A stretch of DNA of 64,000 nt, taken from the NCBI GenBank assembly GCA_964449735.1, contig CAYUZO010000005.1, positions 6,071 to 70,070 on the forward strand, read 5' to 3'. The first letter of the stretch is position 1. Every line of letters starts with the position of its first letter. This stretch comes from an uncultured Ferrimicrobium sp. (lineage in GTDB: Bacteria; Actinomycetota; Acidimicrobiia; Acidimicrobiales; RAAP-2). The position numbers and the translations under genes are program-made. The notes below the pieces were generated by a model. That model saw only the letters and a program-made list of their open reading frames with translations. It had not been told where the DNA came from and did not search any database. Below, piece by piece: positions 36,729-45,995 of this stretch.

Positions 36729-38192
36729 ATGTACCGCTCGTCCCTCACCCGACTGCGCCGGCGCGTCGGCCTGTCGGCCGCCGCCGGCGCCTTGGCCCTC
36801 GGCGGCGTCACCGTGGCCGCCGTCGCTGGCGCCTCGCCCCACTCGCACTCCAGCGCCGGTCGGCACAGCCATACCCACGTCAGCAGCGTCACGCTTCACT
36901 CCCGCTCGTCCGGCGCCCACCAGGTAGGTGCCCGCGACCACGGGGCCCATGGCGCCGATGGCGTGATCAGCGCCGTCTCGGCGACCTCGATCACCCTCGC
37001 CGAGCACGGCGTCGCGGTCACCTTCACGATCAACTCCTCCACCACGGTGACCGTCGGCTCGACCGCCTCGACCGCCTCGGCTCTGGCGGTGGGTGAGCAC
37101 GTCCGGGTGACGCCGTCGACGAGTGACCCGACGATCGCCGGTGCGATCCAGATCGAGCTCGTCCGCGTCGAGGGCACGCTGAGCGCGGCCTCGGCGACTT
37201 CGATCACCGTCTCCACTGAGTTCGGAGGCACCGCGACCTTCGCCATCGACGCCTCGACCACGGTCACGAAGGACGGGGCGGCCGCCACGGCCGCCGATCT
37301 CGCCGTCGGCCAGAAGGTCGTGGTGACCCCGTCGGCGTCCAACCCGACCACGGCGGCATCCATCGCCATCCACGCCAAGGTGTGCGTGAGTGGCACGATC
37401 AGCGCCGTCTCGGCCAGCTCGCTCACCCTCACGCCACGTAGCGGTGGCTCGGTGACCTTCGCCCTCACTGCCTTCACGACGGTGACGAGCGGCGGCACGG
37501 CCTCGAGCGTGAGCGCCCTCGCCGTCGGTCAGTCCGTCAAGGTCACCTCAACCGACGGGACGACCGCCGCGACCGTCGCGATCTCCCCGGCTCGCCAACT
37601 GCGCCACGGAACCGTGACGGCGCTCAGCGCCACCACCTTCACGATCACCTCGAAGGACAACAACGGTGACGCCGACGACAGCGGCGCGGCGACCACGGCG
37701 ACCTACACCGTCAACTCCTCGACGACCTACTTCGTCGGACGGACGGCCGCGACCTCGACCGCGCTGGGACTGAACGAGATGGTGATGGTCCAGCCCACTG
37801 CGGCCGACCCGACGGTCGCTGGCGTCGTCGAGATCGTGCCCGTGCGAGTGGTGGGCACCGTGAGCTCGATTGGCTCCAACACCTTCGTCGTCACCGTGCG
37901 CCACGGCGGCACCGTGACGATCGCGGTCGGCGCCTCCACCACCTTCACCACGGCCGGCGCGGCCTCGACCCTGTCGGCGCTCGCCACGGGTGACGGCGTC
38001 ATCGTGATTGGCGAGCCCGATGCGGTCACGGCCACCACCATTGACGCGGCCTCCGTGACCTTCGGAGCCTGGCTGGGCGGCGGTGAGCACGGCGGACCGG
38101 TCCACGCCTTCGGCGGCGGCGGTGGGTCCGGCGGTTCAGGCTTTGGCGGCGGCTTCGGCGGCGGACGCGGCCGCGAGGGCGGCCACCACTAG
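36729..38192 (+). CDS. secreted repeat protein: His-rich N-terminus, five DUF5666-like ~70-aa repeats, Gly-rich C-terminal tail
   Basis: A signal peptide is present. The five repeat units begin GVISAVSATSITL, GTLSAASATSITV, GTISAVSASSLTL, GTVTALSATTFTI and GTVSSIGSNTFVV. The tail is GGGGGSGGSGFGGGFGGGRGREGGHH. Confidence 0.8.
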   Translation: MYRSSLTRLRRRVGLSAAAGALALGGVTVAAVAGASPHSHSSAGRHSHTHVSSVTLHSRSSGAHQVGARDHGAHGADGVISAVSATSITLAEHGVAVTFTINSSTTVTVGSTASTASALAVGEHVRVTPSTSDPTIAGAIQIELVRVEGTLSAASATSITVSTEFGGTATFAIDASTTVTKDGAAATAADLAVGQKVVVTPSASNPTTAASIAIHAKVCVSGTISAVSASSLTLTPRSGGSVTFALTAFTTVTSGGTASSVSALAVGQSVKVTSTDGTTAATVAISPARQLRHGTVTALSATTFTITSKDNNGDADDSGAATTATYTVNSSTTYFVGRTAATSTALGLNEMVMVQPTAADPTVAGVVEIVPVRVVGTVSSIGSNTFVVTVRHGGTVTIAVGASTTFTTAGAASTLSALATGDGVIVIGEPDAVTATTIDAASVTFGAWLGGGEHGGPVHAFGGGGGSGGSGFGGGFGGGRGREGGHH

Positions 38193-40669
38193 CGAGGAGA
38201 AGGTCCCTGGGTGAGGGGCAGCTCCACTACGACGGTGGTGCCCCCACCCGGGGTGTCCTCGAAGCGGATCTCCCCGCCGAGAACCTGCGCGAGGCCCGAC
38301 GCCACGGACAGGTTGAGCCCGGCCCCGAGCGTCTCGCCCGAGAGGTGCTCGAAGGGCGCGGTGACCGCCCGGCGCACCGGTTCGGGCACCCCGGGCCCGC
38401 GGTCCACCACCAGGATCTCGAGCCGTCCCGCCACGACGCCGGCGCGCACCCGCACCGGTTCGGCCAGGGGGCCGAAGCGACATCCGTTCGTAATGACGTT
38501 GGCGAGCACCCGCTGGGCCAGCGCCGCGTCGGTCTCGACGACCAGGCGCTCCTCCTCGACGTCGAGCTCAAGTCGTCGACCTCGTGGGTCGATGGCGGCC
38601 AGCGCGCCGGCCAACAGGTGCCCCACCGAGACCGGGGCCAGGCGGACTTCGACCTCCCCGGCCTCGAGTCGCCCCGCGTCGACCAGATTCGTCACCAGCC
38701 GACGCAGACGGTGGATCCGCTCGGCGACCACCACGAGTGTCGCGCCGACCGCGGGGTCCTCGGCGAGTCGGCGCCGCAGCCCGTCGAGTTCCTCGGCGAC
38801 GTCGGCGAGCGGAGCGCCCAGGTCCTCGGCGGCCGTGCGGAAGAGCGCGAGGCGCAGCGACTCCGCCTCGGCCAGCGCCGCCAGCTCCGTGGCGTCGCGC
38901 GCGATCACCTGGCCCCGCAGACCGGCGGCCACGCGAGCCGCGAAGGCGCCGATCAGGCGGCGGTCCGGCGCTCCCAACCTCGCTCCCGCTACCGCCAGCT
39001 GGTGCTCGTCGTCGATCGGGAAGCGCTCGGAGGGACCCTCCTCGGCCTCCTCGCCGACGGCGACCTCGCTCTCCCACCGTCCGTCTCGTCGCACCAGCAC
39101 CGACACGGTGGCCGCGTCGAACACCTCGCGCAACGTCTCGAGCAGCGGGGCCAGGTCCTCGTGGGAGCTGAGCAGCCCGGCGGCGGTCCGCACCAGCACC
39201 TCAGCCTCCGCTCGCGCCCGCTCGGCCTCCGCCGAGCGTTGGGCGAGCCGTCCGACCGCCAGGCTCGCCACGATGGCGAAGAGCGCGAAGAAGACAAGGG
39301 CGGCGACGTCGTCGGGGCGGGCCACCGCGAAGGTGTGCAGGGGCGGCACGAAGAGGAAGTTCTCGAGCGTGGCCCCCGCGAGCGCCGTCACGAGCCCGAT
39401 GAGCGCGCCGGCCACGGCCGTCGCGCCGACCACGACGGCCAGGTAGGCGAGGGAGACGGTCGAGAGCGACAGATGCGTGCGCAGTGGCACCATCGCCGTG
39501 CTCAGCGCGGTGAGGGCCAGGACAGCCCCGAGCGCGCCGAGAAGCTGGCGACGTCGACCGACACGTTGCCGTCGGCGCCGCGCGCGAGTCCGGGCCGGCC
39601 GCTCCCCGCCCACCGCGATGACGTGCACGTCGAGGTCGCGGGCCCGGCGCAGGACCCCCTCGACGATCCCGGTCGGTGGTCGCCACCTCGCGCGGGGCCG
39701 GCTCGCACCCACCACGATCTGGGTCGCCCGCTCGGAACGGGCCACCGCAACCAGGGCCGTGGCCACCTCCTCGTCGACGACCTGGGTAAAGCGACCGTCG
39801 AGCTGGGCGGTGAGCTCGCGGGCCAGGGCCGCCTCCTCGCGTCCGGCGCGCTGCGCGTCGGCGGTCACCACGTGCACGGCCAGCAGCTCGGCGCCGGTGC
39901 GTGAGGCGATCCGGGCCGCGCGGCGCAGCAGGGCCTCGTCGACCTCGGTCCCGGTGACCCCGACGACCAGGCGCTCGCGGGTCTCCCAGGTCTGCTCGAT
40001 CGAGTGCTCGGCCTGATAGCGCTGGAGGGCGTCCTCGACACGGTCGGCCAGCCACAGCAGGGCCAACTCGCGCAAGGCGGAGAGGTTCCCGGGCCGGAAG
40101 TAGTTGCTGAGAGCCGCATCGATCCGGTCGGCGGCGTAGATATTGCCGTGGGCCATCCGTCGGCGCAGGGCCTCGGGGGTGATGTCCACCAGCTCGATCT
40201 GCTCGGCTCGGCGCACGACGGCGTCGGGGACGGTCTCACGCTGGGTGATGCCGGTCACCTTCTCCACCACGTCGTTGACCGACTCGAGGTGCTGGATGTT
40301 CACGGTCGTGATGACGTCGATGCCGGCCTCGAGGATCTCCTCCACGTCCTGCCAGCGCTTCTCGTGTCGTCCCCCGGGGACGTTGGTGTGGGCCAGCTCG
40401 TCCACGAGGACCACCTGGGGTCGTCGGGCCAGGACCCCGTCGAGGTCCATCTCCTCGAGGCGGGTCCCCCGGTACTCCCGCTCGACTCGAGCGAGCACCT
40501 CCAGGTCACGGACCTGGGCGGCGGTCCGCTCGCGCCCGTGGGTCTCGACGTAGCCCACCACGACGTCGGTGCCGCGATCGCGGCGCCGGCACCCCTCGTC
40601 GAGCATCCGGTAGGTCTTGCCGACGCCGGGGGCCGCGCCCAGGTAGACGCGCAGGCTCCCGCGAGCCAT
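38189..40669 (-). CDS. kdpD: KdpD-type sensor protein, full domain set but with Glu replacing the H-box histidine
   Basis: This 826-aa protein starts at ATG 40669 (ATGA overlap with the upstream gene). It has KdpD_N Walker A GAAPGVGKT, Usp, DUF4118 TMs, and an HATPase domain (VITNGCRF, DRGPGVP, GAGLNLS). The DHp motif reads LALFRTAAEDLGAPL. Confidence 0.88.
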   Translation of the reverse strand: MARGSLRVYLGAAPGVGKTYRMLDEGCRRRDRGTDVVVGYVETHGRERTAAQVRDLEVLARVEREYRGTRLEEMDLDGVLARRPQVVLVDELAHTNVPGGRHEKRWQDVEEILEAGIDVITTVNIQHLESVNDVVEKVTGITQRETVPDAVVRRAEQIELVDITPEALRRRMAHGNIYAADRIDAALSNYFRPGNLSALRELALLWLADRVEDALQRYQAEHSIEQTWETRERLVVGVTGTEVDEALLRRAARIASRTGAELLAVHVVTADAQRAGREEAALARELTAQLDGRFTQVVDEEVATALVAVARSERATQIVVGASRPRARWRPPTGIVEGVLRRARDLDVHVIAVGGERPARTRARRRRQRVGRRRQLLGALGAVLALTALSTAMVPLRTHLSLSTVSLAYLAVVVGATAVAGALIGLVTALAGATLENFLFVPPLHTFAVARPDDVAALVFFALFAIVASLAVGRLAQRSAEAERARAEAEVLVRTAAGLLSSHEDLAPLLETLREVFDAATVSVLVRRDGRWESEVAVGEEAEEGPSERFPIDDEHQLAVAGARLGAPDRRLIGAFAARVAAGLRGQVIARDATELAALAEAESLRLALFRTAAEDLGAPLADVAEELDGLRRRLAEDPAVGATLVVVAERIHRLRRLVTNLVDAGRLEAGEVEVRLAPVSVGHLLAGALAAIDPRGRRLELDVEEERLVVETDAALAQRVLANVITNGCRFGPLAEPVRVRAGVVAGRLEILVVDRGPGVPEPVRRAVTAPFEHLSGETLGAGLNLSVASGLAQVLGGEIRFEDTPGGGTTVVVELPLTQGPSPR

Positions 40670-41409
40670 CAGTCGTCCCGAGCCGGGGTGAGCACCGGGG
40701 CCACGATCTCGGCGATCGCCGCCGCGGCGGCCAGGCGGGCCGAGCCGATGGCCAGGCCCGGCGTCGGCGAGCCCACGAAGCGCCCGACGTCGCGACCGCG
40801 AAAGCGCACCGGCACCTCGAACTGCGGCCCGGGCAGCCCGAGCCGCTCGCTGTCCCAAATCAGCCCGACGTGCAGGACCTCACCGGCGGGGGTGATGCGC
40901 GCCAGCGGCGGTCCCTCACCGGGCTCGTCGAAGACGAGGCGCCGAGCCGAGAGCAGTTCGGTGATCGCCGCCAGGGCGTGGGTGAGGACGCCGTCGGCGG
41001 GCTCACCGGCCGCGACCACGGCCGCCACCTCGGCCACGAGCACCAGTTGGCGGCGCCCGTCGGCCGCCCGGAGCCAGTAGCGCCGACCGCGTGCGGCCAA
41101 CTCGGTGACCGCCACGCCCACCACCACCAGGGCGATAGAGCACTGCGCCTCGGTGCGGTCGGCGATGTTGAGATGGCCGTAGGGACGGGTGAGCAGCAGG
41201 TCGTAGAAGAGGGCCGCCGACACCGTGGCGAGCAGTCCCCAGAGCCGACGGCCCGGCGCGGCGACGGCAGCCACCGCGACGACGAGCACCAGCGCGCTGG
41301 CCGGCGCGGCCACCTGGCCGCGCAGGGGCACCATCGCGCCCGCCACCGCGAGCGGTGTCAGGAAGGCCCCGAGGGGGGCCAGGCGCCCGACCCGCCGGGC
41401 CCACGTCAC
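40669..41409 (-). CDS. DUF4118-type membrane sensor-core protein without a kinase domain
   Basis: This 246-aa protein starts at GTG 41409, which overlaps the kdpC stop as GTGA. It has a TM bundle with FYDLLLTRPYGHLNI followed by a ~130-aa soluble domain. The longer ORF-track start (41658) overlaps kdpC. Confidence 0.75.
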   Translation of the reverse strand: MTWARRVGRLAPLGAFLTPLAVAGAMVPLRGQVAAPASALVLVVAVAAVAAPGRRLWGLLATVSAALFYDLLLTRPYGHLNIADRTEAQCSIALVVVGVAVTELAARGRRYWLRAADGRRQLVLVAEVAAVVAAGEPADGVLTHALAAITELLSARRLVFDEPGEGPPLARITPAGEVLHVGLIWDSERLGLPGPQFEVPVRFRGRDVGRFVGSPTPGLAIGSARLAAAAAIAEIVAPVLTPARDD

Positions 41410-42002
41410 CGCTCGGCCCTCGCCAGTGCCTCGTTGAGCTCGAGCACCACGACGTAGCTCGAGCCGAGGAAGCCGAACTGGGCCGGGTGGGTCTGGGCCC
41501 TGATGAGCGACGCCAGGCGCGCCGCGCCAATGCCCGTGGCCCGTGACACCATCGGGATCTGAGCGTAGGCGTCGGCCGGCGTGATGTCCGGATCGAGCCC
41601 GCTGGCCGAGGTGGTCACCAGGTCGGGGGTCGGCGTGACCCCGTGGGCGTGCCACCACGCGACGAGGGCCCGCGTGTCAGCCAGGAGCGCCGTGGAACGC
41701 GGGCCGAGGTTCGTGGCCCCGAAGCCCCCCGTCACCCCGTTCGCCACGAGCGGGTTGTCCCCGTCGACGACCCCCGTCGCCGCGTCGTGGGCGTAGGGGC
41801 CGAAGCCGTCGGGTCGGCCGTGGAACCAGGCCGGGCTGGTCCAGTCCTGGCCGATCAGGCTCGACCCGTTCGGGCCCAGTGAGCCGTTGGCCTGGGCCGG
41901 GAAGAGGACCTGGGAGAGGCCCGTGCCCGCCAGGGCGTAGAGCAGCGTGAGGGCCAGCATCACGAGGGCCAGCAGGACCGAGCGGCGCAGGTGGATCAGC
42001 AC
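41406..42002 (-). CDS. kdpC: K+-transporting ATPase subunit C
   Basis: The 198-aa ORF has an N-terminal TM and KdpC blocks (SGLDPDITPADA), and it sits in the expected position after kdpB. Confidence 0.93.
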   Translation of the reverse strand: MLIHLRRSVLLALVMLALTLLYALAGTGLSQVLFPAQANGSLGPNGSSLIGQDWTSPAWFHGRPDGFGPYAHDAATGVVDGDNPLVANGVTGGFGATNLGPRSTALLADTRALVAWWHAHGVTPTPDLVTTSASGLDPDITPADAYAQIPMVSRATGIGAARLASLIRAQTHPAQFGFLGSSYVVVLELNEALARAER

Positions 42003-42011
42003 GGCGTCCTC

Positions 42012-44066
42012 CTAGTAGGCGTGTAGGGCGACGAGCGCCAGGTCGATGAGCTTGATGAACACGAAGGGCACGATCACGCCCCCGACGCCGTAGATGAGCA
42101 CGTTGCGGCGCAGGATCGCGGCCGAGTTGGTGGCGCGAAAGCGCACCCCGCGCAGGGCGAGGGGGATGAGGGCCACGATGACCAGGGCGTTGAAGATGAC
42201 GGCCGAGAGGATCGCGCTCTCGGGGCTGTGCAGGCCCATGACGTTGAGACTGCGCAACTGCGGGTAGGTCGTGACGAACAGGGCCGGGATGATGGCGAAG
42301 TACTTCGCGATGTCGTTGGCGATCGAGAAGGTGGTGAGCGAGCCCCGAGTGATGAGCAGCTGCTTGCCAATCTCGACGACATCGATGAGCTTCGTGGGAT
42401 TGGAATCGAGGTCGACCATGTTGCCGGCCTCCTTGGCCGCCGTGGTCCCGGTGTTCATGGCCACCCCGACGTCAGCCTGGGCGAGGGCCGGAGCGTCGTT
42501 GGTGCCGTCGCCGGTCATCGCGACCAGCTTCCCGCCCTCCTGCTCCTGGCGGATCAGGGCCATCTTGGCCTCGGGCGTCGCCTCGGCGAGGAAGTCGTCG
42601 ACCCCGGCCTCCTGGGCGATGGCGGCGGCCGTGAGCGGGTTGTCGCCGGTGATCATCACGGTGCGGATGCCCATCGCACGCATCTGGTCGAACTTCTCGC
42701 GGATCCCGGTCTTGACGACATCCTTCAACTCGATGACCCCGAGCACGCGCGCTCCGTCGGCCACGACGAGGGGCGTCGAGCCCGCCCGCGAGACCCTCTC
42801 GACGATCCCGTCGAGGTCGCCCGGGACCGTCGCGCCCTGCTCGAGCACCCACCGCTTGACCGACTCGGCGGCTCCCTTGCGGACCTGGCGGTCCGCCACG
42901 TCCAGTCCCGACATCCGGGTCGTGGCCGTGAAGGGGACGAAGACGTGATCGGCCCCCATCTCGCGCTCGCGCAGGTTGAAGCGCTCCTTGGCGACCACGA
43001 CGACCGAGCGACCCTCGGGGGTCTCGTCGGCCAGGGAGGCCAGTTGGGCGGCATCGGCCAGCGTCTCCTCGGTGACGCCCTCGACCGGCAGGAAGGCGGC
43101 GGCCATCCGGTTGCCCAGGGTGATCGTCCCGGTCTTGTCGAGCAACAGGGTCTGGACGTCGCCGGCCGCCTCGACGGCCCGTCCACTCATCGCGAGCACG
43201 TTGCGCTGGACCAGGCGGTCCATACCGGCGATCCCGATCGCGCTGAGGAGGGCGCCGATCGTGGTGGGGATCAGGCAGACGAGCAGAGCGACCAGCACCA
43301 CGACCGAGACCGAGGTCCCCGCGAAGTGCCCGAAGGGAACCAGGGTGACGACGACGGGGATGAAGACGATGGTCAGCACGGCCAGCAGGATCGTCAAGGC
43401 AATCTCGTTAGGGGTCTTCTGGCGGTTCGCCCCCTCGACCAGACCGATCATCCGGTCGATGAAGGTCTGGCCCCGCTCGGCGGTGATGCGCACCACGATC
43501 CGATCGGAGAGCACGCGCGTCCCGCCGGTGACCGCCGAGCGGTCCCCGCCCGACTCGCGGATCACCGGGGCCGACTCACCGGTGATCGCCGACTCGTCGA
43601 CTGAGGCGATGCCCTCGATGATGTCCCCATCGCTCGGGATCACGTCCCCGGCCTCGCACACGACCGTGTCGCCCTTGGCCAGGGAGGCGGCGGCACAGAT
43701 CTCCTCGCCACCCCCTTCGAGCAGTCGGCGAGCCGTCGTCTCGGTGCGCATCCGGCGAAGGGTGTCGGCCTGCGCCTTGCCGCGTCCCTCGGCCATCGCC
43801 TCGGCGAAGTTGGCGAAGAGCACGGTGAGCACCAGCCAGACGGTGATGGACCAGGAGAAGACCCCAGGATGACTGATGGCCTCGAGCAGGGAGATCACCG
43901 ATCCGACCAGGACGACGAACATCACCGGGTTGCGGGCCTGGACCCGGGGGTCGAGCTTGACGAAGGCCCCGCGCAGGGCCTGGCCCAGGATCTCGCGGTC
44001 GAAGAGGCCGCGGGCCTGGGCCACCCCCTTGCGAGGGGGCTCGGTCGTGGTCGCGACGACACTCAT
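42012..44066 (-). CDS. kdpB: K+-transporting P-type ATPase subunit B
   Basis: The 684-aa ORF has [15 protein letters not shown] and [16 protein letters not shown]. Confidence 0.97.
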   Translation of the reverse strand: MSVVATTTEPPRKGVAQARGLFDREILGQALRGAFVKLDPRVQARNPVMFVVLVGSVISLLEAISHPGVFSWSITVWLVLTVLFANFAEAMAEGRGKAQADTLRRMRTETTARRLLEGGGEEICAAASLAKGDTVVCEAGDVIPSDGDIIEGIASVDESAITGESAPVIRESGGDRSAVTGGTRVLSDRIVVRITAERGQTFIDRMIGLVEGANRQKTPNEIALTILLAVLTIVFIPVVVTLVPFGHFAGTSVSVVVLVALLVCLIPTTIGALLSAIGIAGMDRLVQRNVLAMSGRAVEAAGDVQTLLLDKTGTITLGNRMAAAFLPVEGVTEETLADAAQLASLADETPEGRSVVVVAKERFNLREREMGADHVFVPFTATTRMSGLDVADRQVRKGAAESVKRWVLEQGATVPGDLDGIVERVSRAGSTPLVVADGARVLGVIELKDVVKTGIREKFDQMRAMGIRTVMITGDNPLTAAAIAQEAGVDDFLAEATPEAKMALIRQEQEGGKLVAMTGDGTNDAPALAQADVGVAMNTGTTAAKEAGNMVDLDSNPTKLIDVVEIGKQLLITRGSLTTFSIANDIAKYFAIIPALFVTTYPQLRSLNVMGLHSPESAILSAVIFNALVIVALIPLALRGVRFRATNSAAILRRNVLIYGVGGVIVPFVFIKLIDLALVALHAY

Positions 44067-45754
44067 CAGAAGAACCGTCCTTTCAGAAGCTCCTCGACGA
44101 TCGGACCGAGGCTGATCGCGGGGAAGAAGGTGAGCCCCCCGATGATCAGGATCACCCCCGTGGTCAGCCCCACGAACATGGGGTTGTCGGTGCGGAAGGT
44201 CCCCAGGCCCTCGGGGACCGCGGGCTTGGCGGCCAGTCGACCGGCCAGCGCCAGGACCGGGATGATGATGCCGAAGCGTCCCAGCAGCATCGCGACCGCC
44301 CCGAGCACGTTGTAGAAGGGGGTGTTGCCCCCGAGCCCGGCGAAGGCGGAGCCGTTGTTGTTGCCCTGGCTGGTGAAGGCGTAGAGGATCTCGGTGAAGC
44401 CGTGCGGGCCGTGATTGAGCGCGCCGGCGCGCCCGGCGGCCAGGGAGACCGCGAGGGCCGTGAGCACCAGGACCACGAGAGGCATCACCAGGGCCCCGAG
44501 CCCGGCCAGCTTCACCTCGGAGGCCTGGATCTTCTTGCCCAGGTACTCCGGCGTGCGCCCGATCATCAGTCCCCCGATGAAGACCGCGATGATCGCGTAG
44601 AGCAGGATCGTGTAGAGACCGCTGCCGACCCCACCGGGCGTGACCTCGCCGAGCATCATTCCCGTGAGCAGCCCGAAGCCCCCCATCGGGGTGAAGGAGT
44701 CGGCCGACGAGTCCATCGAGCCGGTCGAGGTGGAGGTGGAGGCGACGGCGAACAGGGCGCTGGAGGTGTCGCCGAAGCGCGACTCCTTGCCGACCGTGTT
44801 GCCCGTGCTCGAGTGGACACCCGCCGCGGCGACCGCCGGATTGGACTGGTGCTCGGCGTAGCTCGTGAAGCCGACCCAGACCCCGAACAGGAGCGCCATC
44901 ACCGCCAGCAGGGTCGCCCCGTGACGCACCGAGCGCACCATGGCGCCGAAGGTGTAGGTGAGGGCGACGGGGATCGCGAGCAGCAGGTAGATCGAGAGGA
45001 AGTTGGTGAGGCCCGTCGGGTTCTCGAAGGGGTGGGCCGAGTTGGCGTTGAAGAAGCCCCCGCCGTTGGTGCCGAGCTGCTTGATCGCCTCCATGAAGGC
45101 GACCGGGCCGCGTGCGATTGTCTGGGTCACCTGGTTCAAGGCGTCGTGGATCGTCGCCGGTCCCGCCAGGGTCATCACCGCGCCCTCGGCCACGAAGACG
45201 ATCCCGAAGAGGAAGGCGATCGGCAGCAGCACGTAGAGCACCGCCCGGGTGATGTCGACCCAGAAGTTCCCCACCGTCGTCGCGTTGCGTCGGGCGAAGC
45301 CGCGCACCAGCACGATGGCCGCGGCGATCCCGACAGCGGCCGACACGAACTGCTGGACGGTGAGCGCACCGATCTGGGAGAGGTAGGACATCGTGGTCTC
45401 GCCGGCGTAGTTCTGCCAGTTGGTGTTGCTCACGAAGCTGGTCGCGGTGTTGAAGGCCAGACCCGGGCTCACCGCACCGAGGTGCTGGGGGTTGAGCGGC
45501 AGGTGGGCCTGGAGGCGCAAGAGGGCGTAGGTGAAGAGGATCGAGACCGCCGAGAAGACGACCATCGCCCCCGCGTAGCGCTTCCAGGTCTGCTCGGAGT
45601 CGGGGTCGGTGCCGAGCAGGCGGTACAGGGGTCGCTCGACGACGGCGAGGAAGCGGACCCGGCCCTCGAAGACGGCCGCCATGTAGGCACCGAGGAACCG
45701 CCAGGTCACGCCCAGCAGGACGACCAGCGCGAGCAGGGTCGCGGCGAAACCCAT
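44066..45754 (-). CDS. kdpA: K+-transporting ATPase subunit A
   Basis: This is a 562-aa polytopic ORF with KdpA selectivity-filter-like blocks ([26 protein letters not shown]). Confidence 0.96.
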   Translation of the reverse strand: MGFAATLLALVVLLGVTWRFLGAYMAAVFEGRVRFLAVVERPLYRLLGTDPDSEQTWKRYAGAMVVFSAVSILFTYALLRLQAHLPLNPQHLGAVSPGLAFNTATSFVSNTNWQNYAGETTMSYLSQIGALTVQQFVSAAVGIAAAIVLVRGFARRNATTVGNFWVDITRAVLYVLLPIAFLFGIVFVAEGAVMTLAGPATIHDALNQVTQTIARGPVAFMEAIKQLGTNGGGFFNANSAHPFENPTGLTNFLSIYLLLAIPVALTYTFGAMVRSVRHGATLLAVMALLFGVWVGFTSYAEHQSNPAVAAAGVHSSTGNTVGKESRFGDTSSALFAVASTSTSTGSMDSSADSFTPMGGFGLLTGMMLGEVTPGGVGSGLYTILLYAIIAVFIGGLMIGRTPEYLGKKIQASEVKLAGLGALVMPLVVLVLTALAVSLAAGRAGALNHGPHGFTEILYAFTSQGNNNGSAFAGLGGNTPFYNVLGAVAMLLGRFGIIIPVLALAGRLAAKPAVPEGLGTFRTDNPMFVGLTTGVILIIGGLTFFPAISLGPIVEELLKGRFF

Positions 45755-45843
45755 CAGAACCTCTCGGGCTTGAACATGGCGTAGCCGAGGTAGAGGAACA
45801 TCGCGATCGACACGACGAGCAGCAGGACCTGGGAGAGGCTCAT
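45754..45843 (-). CDS. kdpF: K+-transporting ATPase subunit F
   Basis: The 29-aa peptide [29 protein letters not shown] matches the KdpF pattern (single TM, C-terminal PE+F). Its TGA overlaps the kdpA ATG. It is below the ORF-track cut-off. Confidence 0.85.
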   Translation of the reverse strand: MSLSQVLLLVVSIAMFLYLGYAMFKPERF

Positions 45844-45932
45844 ACCTTGTCCAGACCCCTCGCCAGCCCGAGGAAGGCGGCCACGAAGGCCGCGACGCCG
45901 ATGATCGTCAGGAGGTCGCCCATGACGTCCAT
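45840..45932 (-). CDS. 30-codon single-TM micro-ORF translationally coupled upstream of kdpF
   Basis: The peptide is [30 protein letters not shown]. Its TGA overlaps the kdpF ATG as ATGA. An internal Met4 start is also possible. Confidence 0.45.
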   Translation of the reverse strand: MDVMGDLLTIIGVAAFVAAFLGLARGLDKV

Positions 45933-45979
45933 CCTCGGCGAGCTCGCCCTGAACGCGCTCTTGACGTCGGCACGGCGTC

Positions 45980-45995
45980 CTTCATTCTTTCTTCA
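45980..45995. promoter_or_regulatory. candidate OmpR-family (KdpE) site: CTTCA direct repeat at 11-bp spacing in a T-rich patch
   Basis: In CTTCAttctttCTTCA the repeats start at 45980 and 45991. The site lies ~50-60 nt upstream of the first kdp-operon start codon, in the 119-nt divergent spacer. Confidence 0.3.

Noticed and set aside
38211-41080. Plus-strand ORFs 38211..39446, 38345..39904 and 40004..41080 antisense to kdpD and the DUF4118 gene
   Set aside because: Their translations are Ser/Arg/Ala/Pro-rich and antisense to a gene with unambiguous KdpD domain order.
42228-45784. Plus-strand ORFs 42228..43604, 42271..42948, 42976..43872 and 44402..45784 antisense to kdpB/kdpA
   Set aside because: kdpA and kdpB are unambiguous ([14 protein letters not shown] and other motifs). 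The antisense frames have a shadow-ORF composition.
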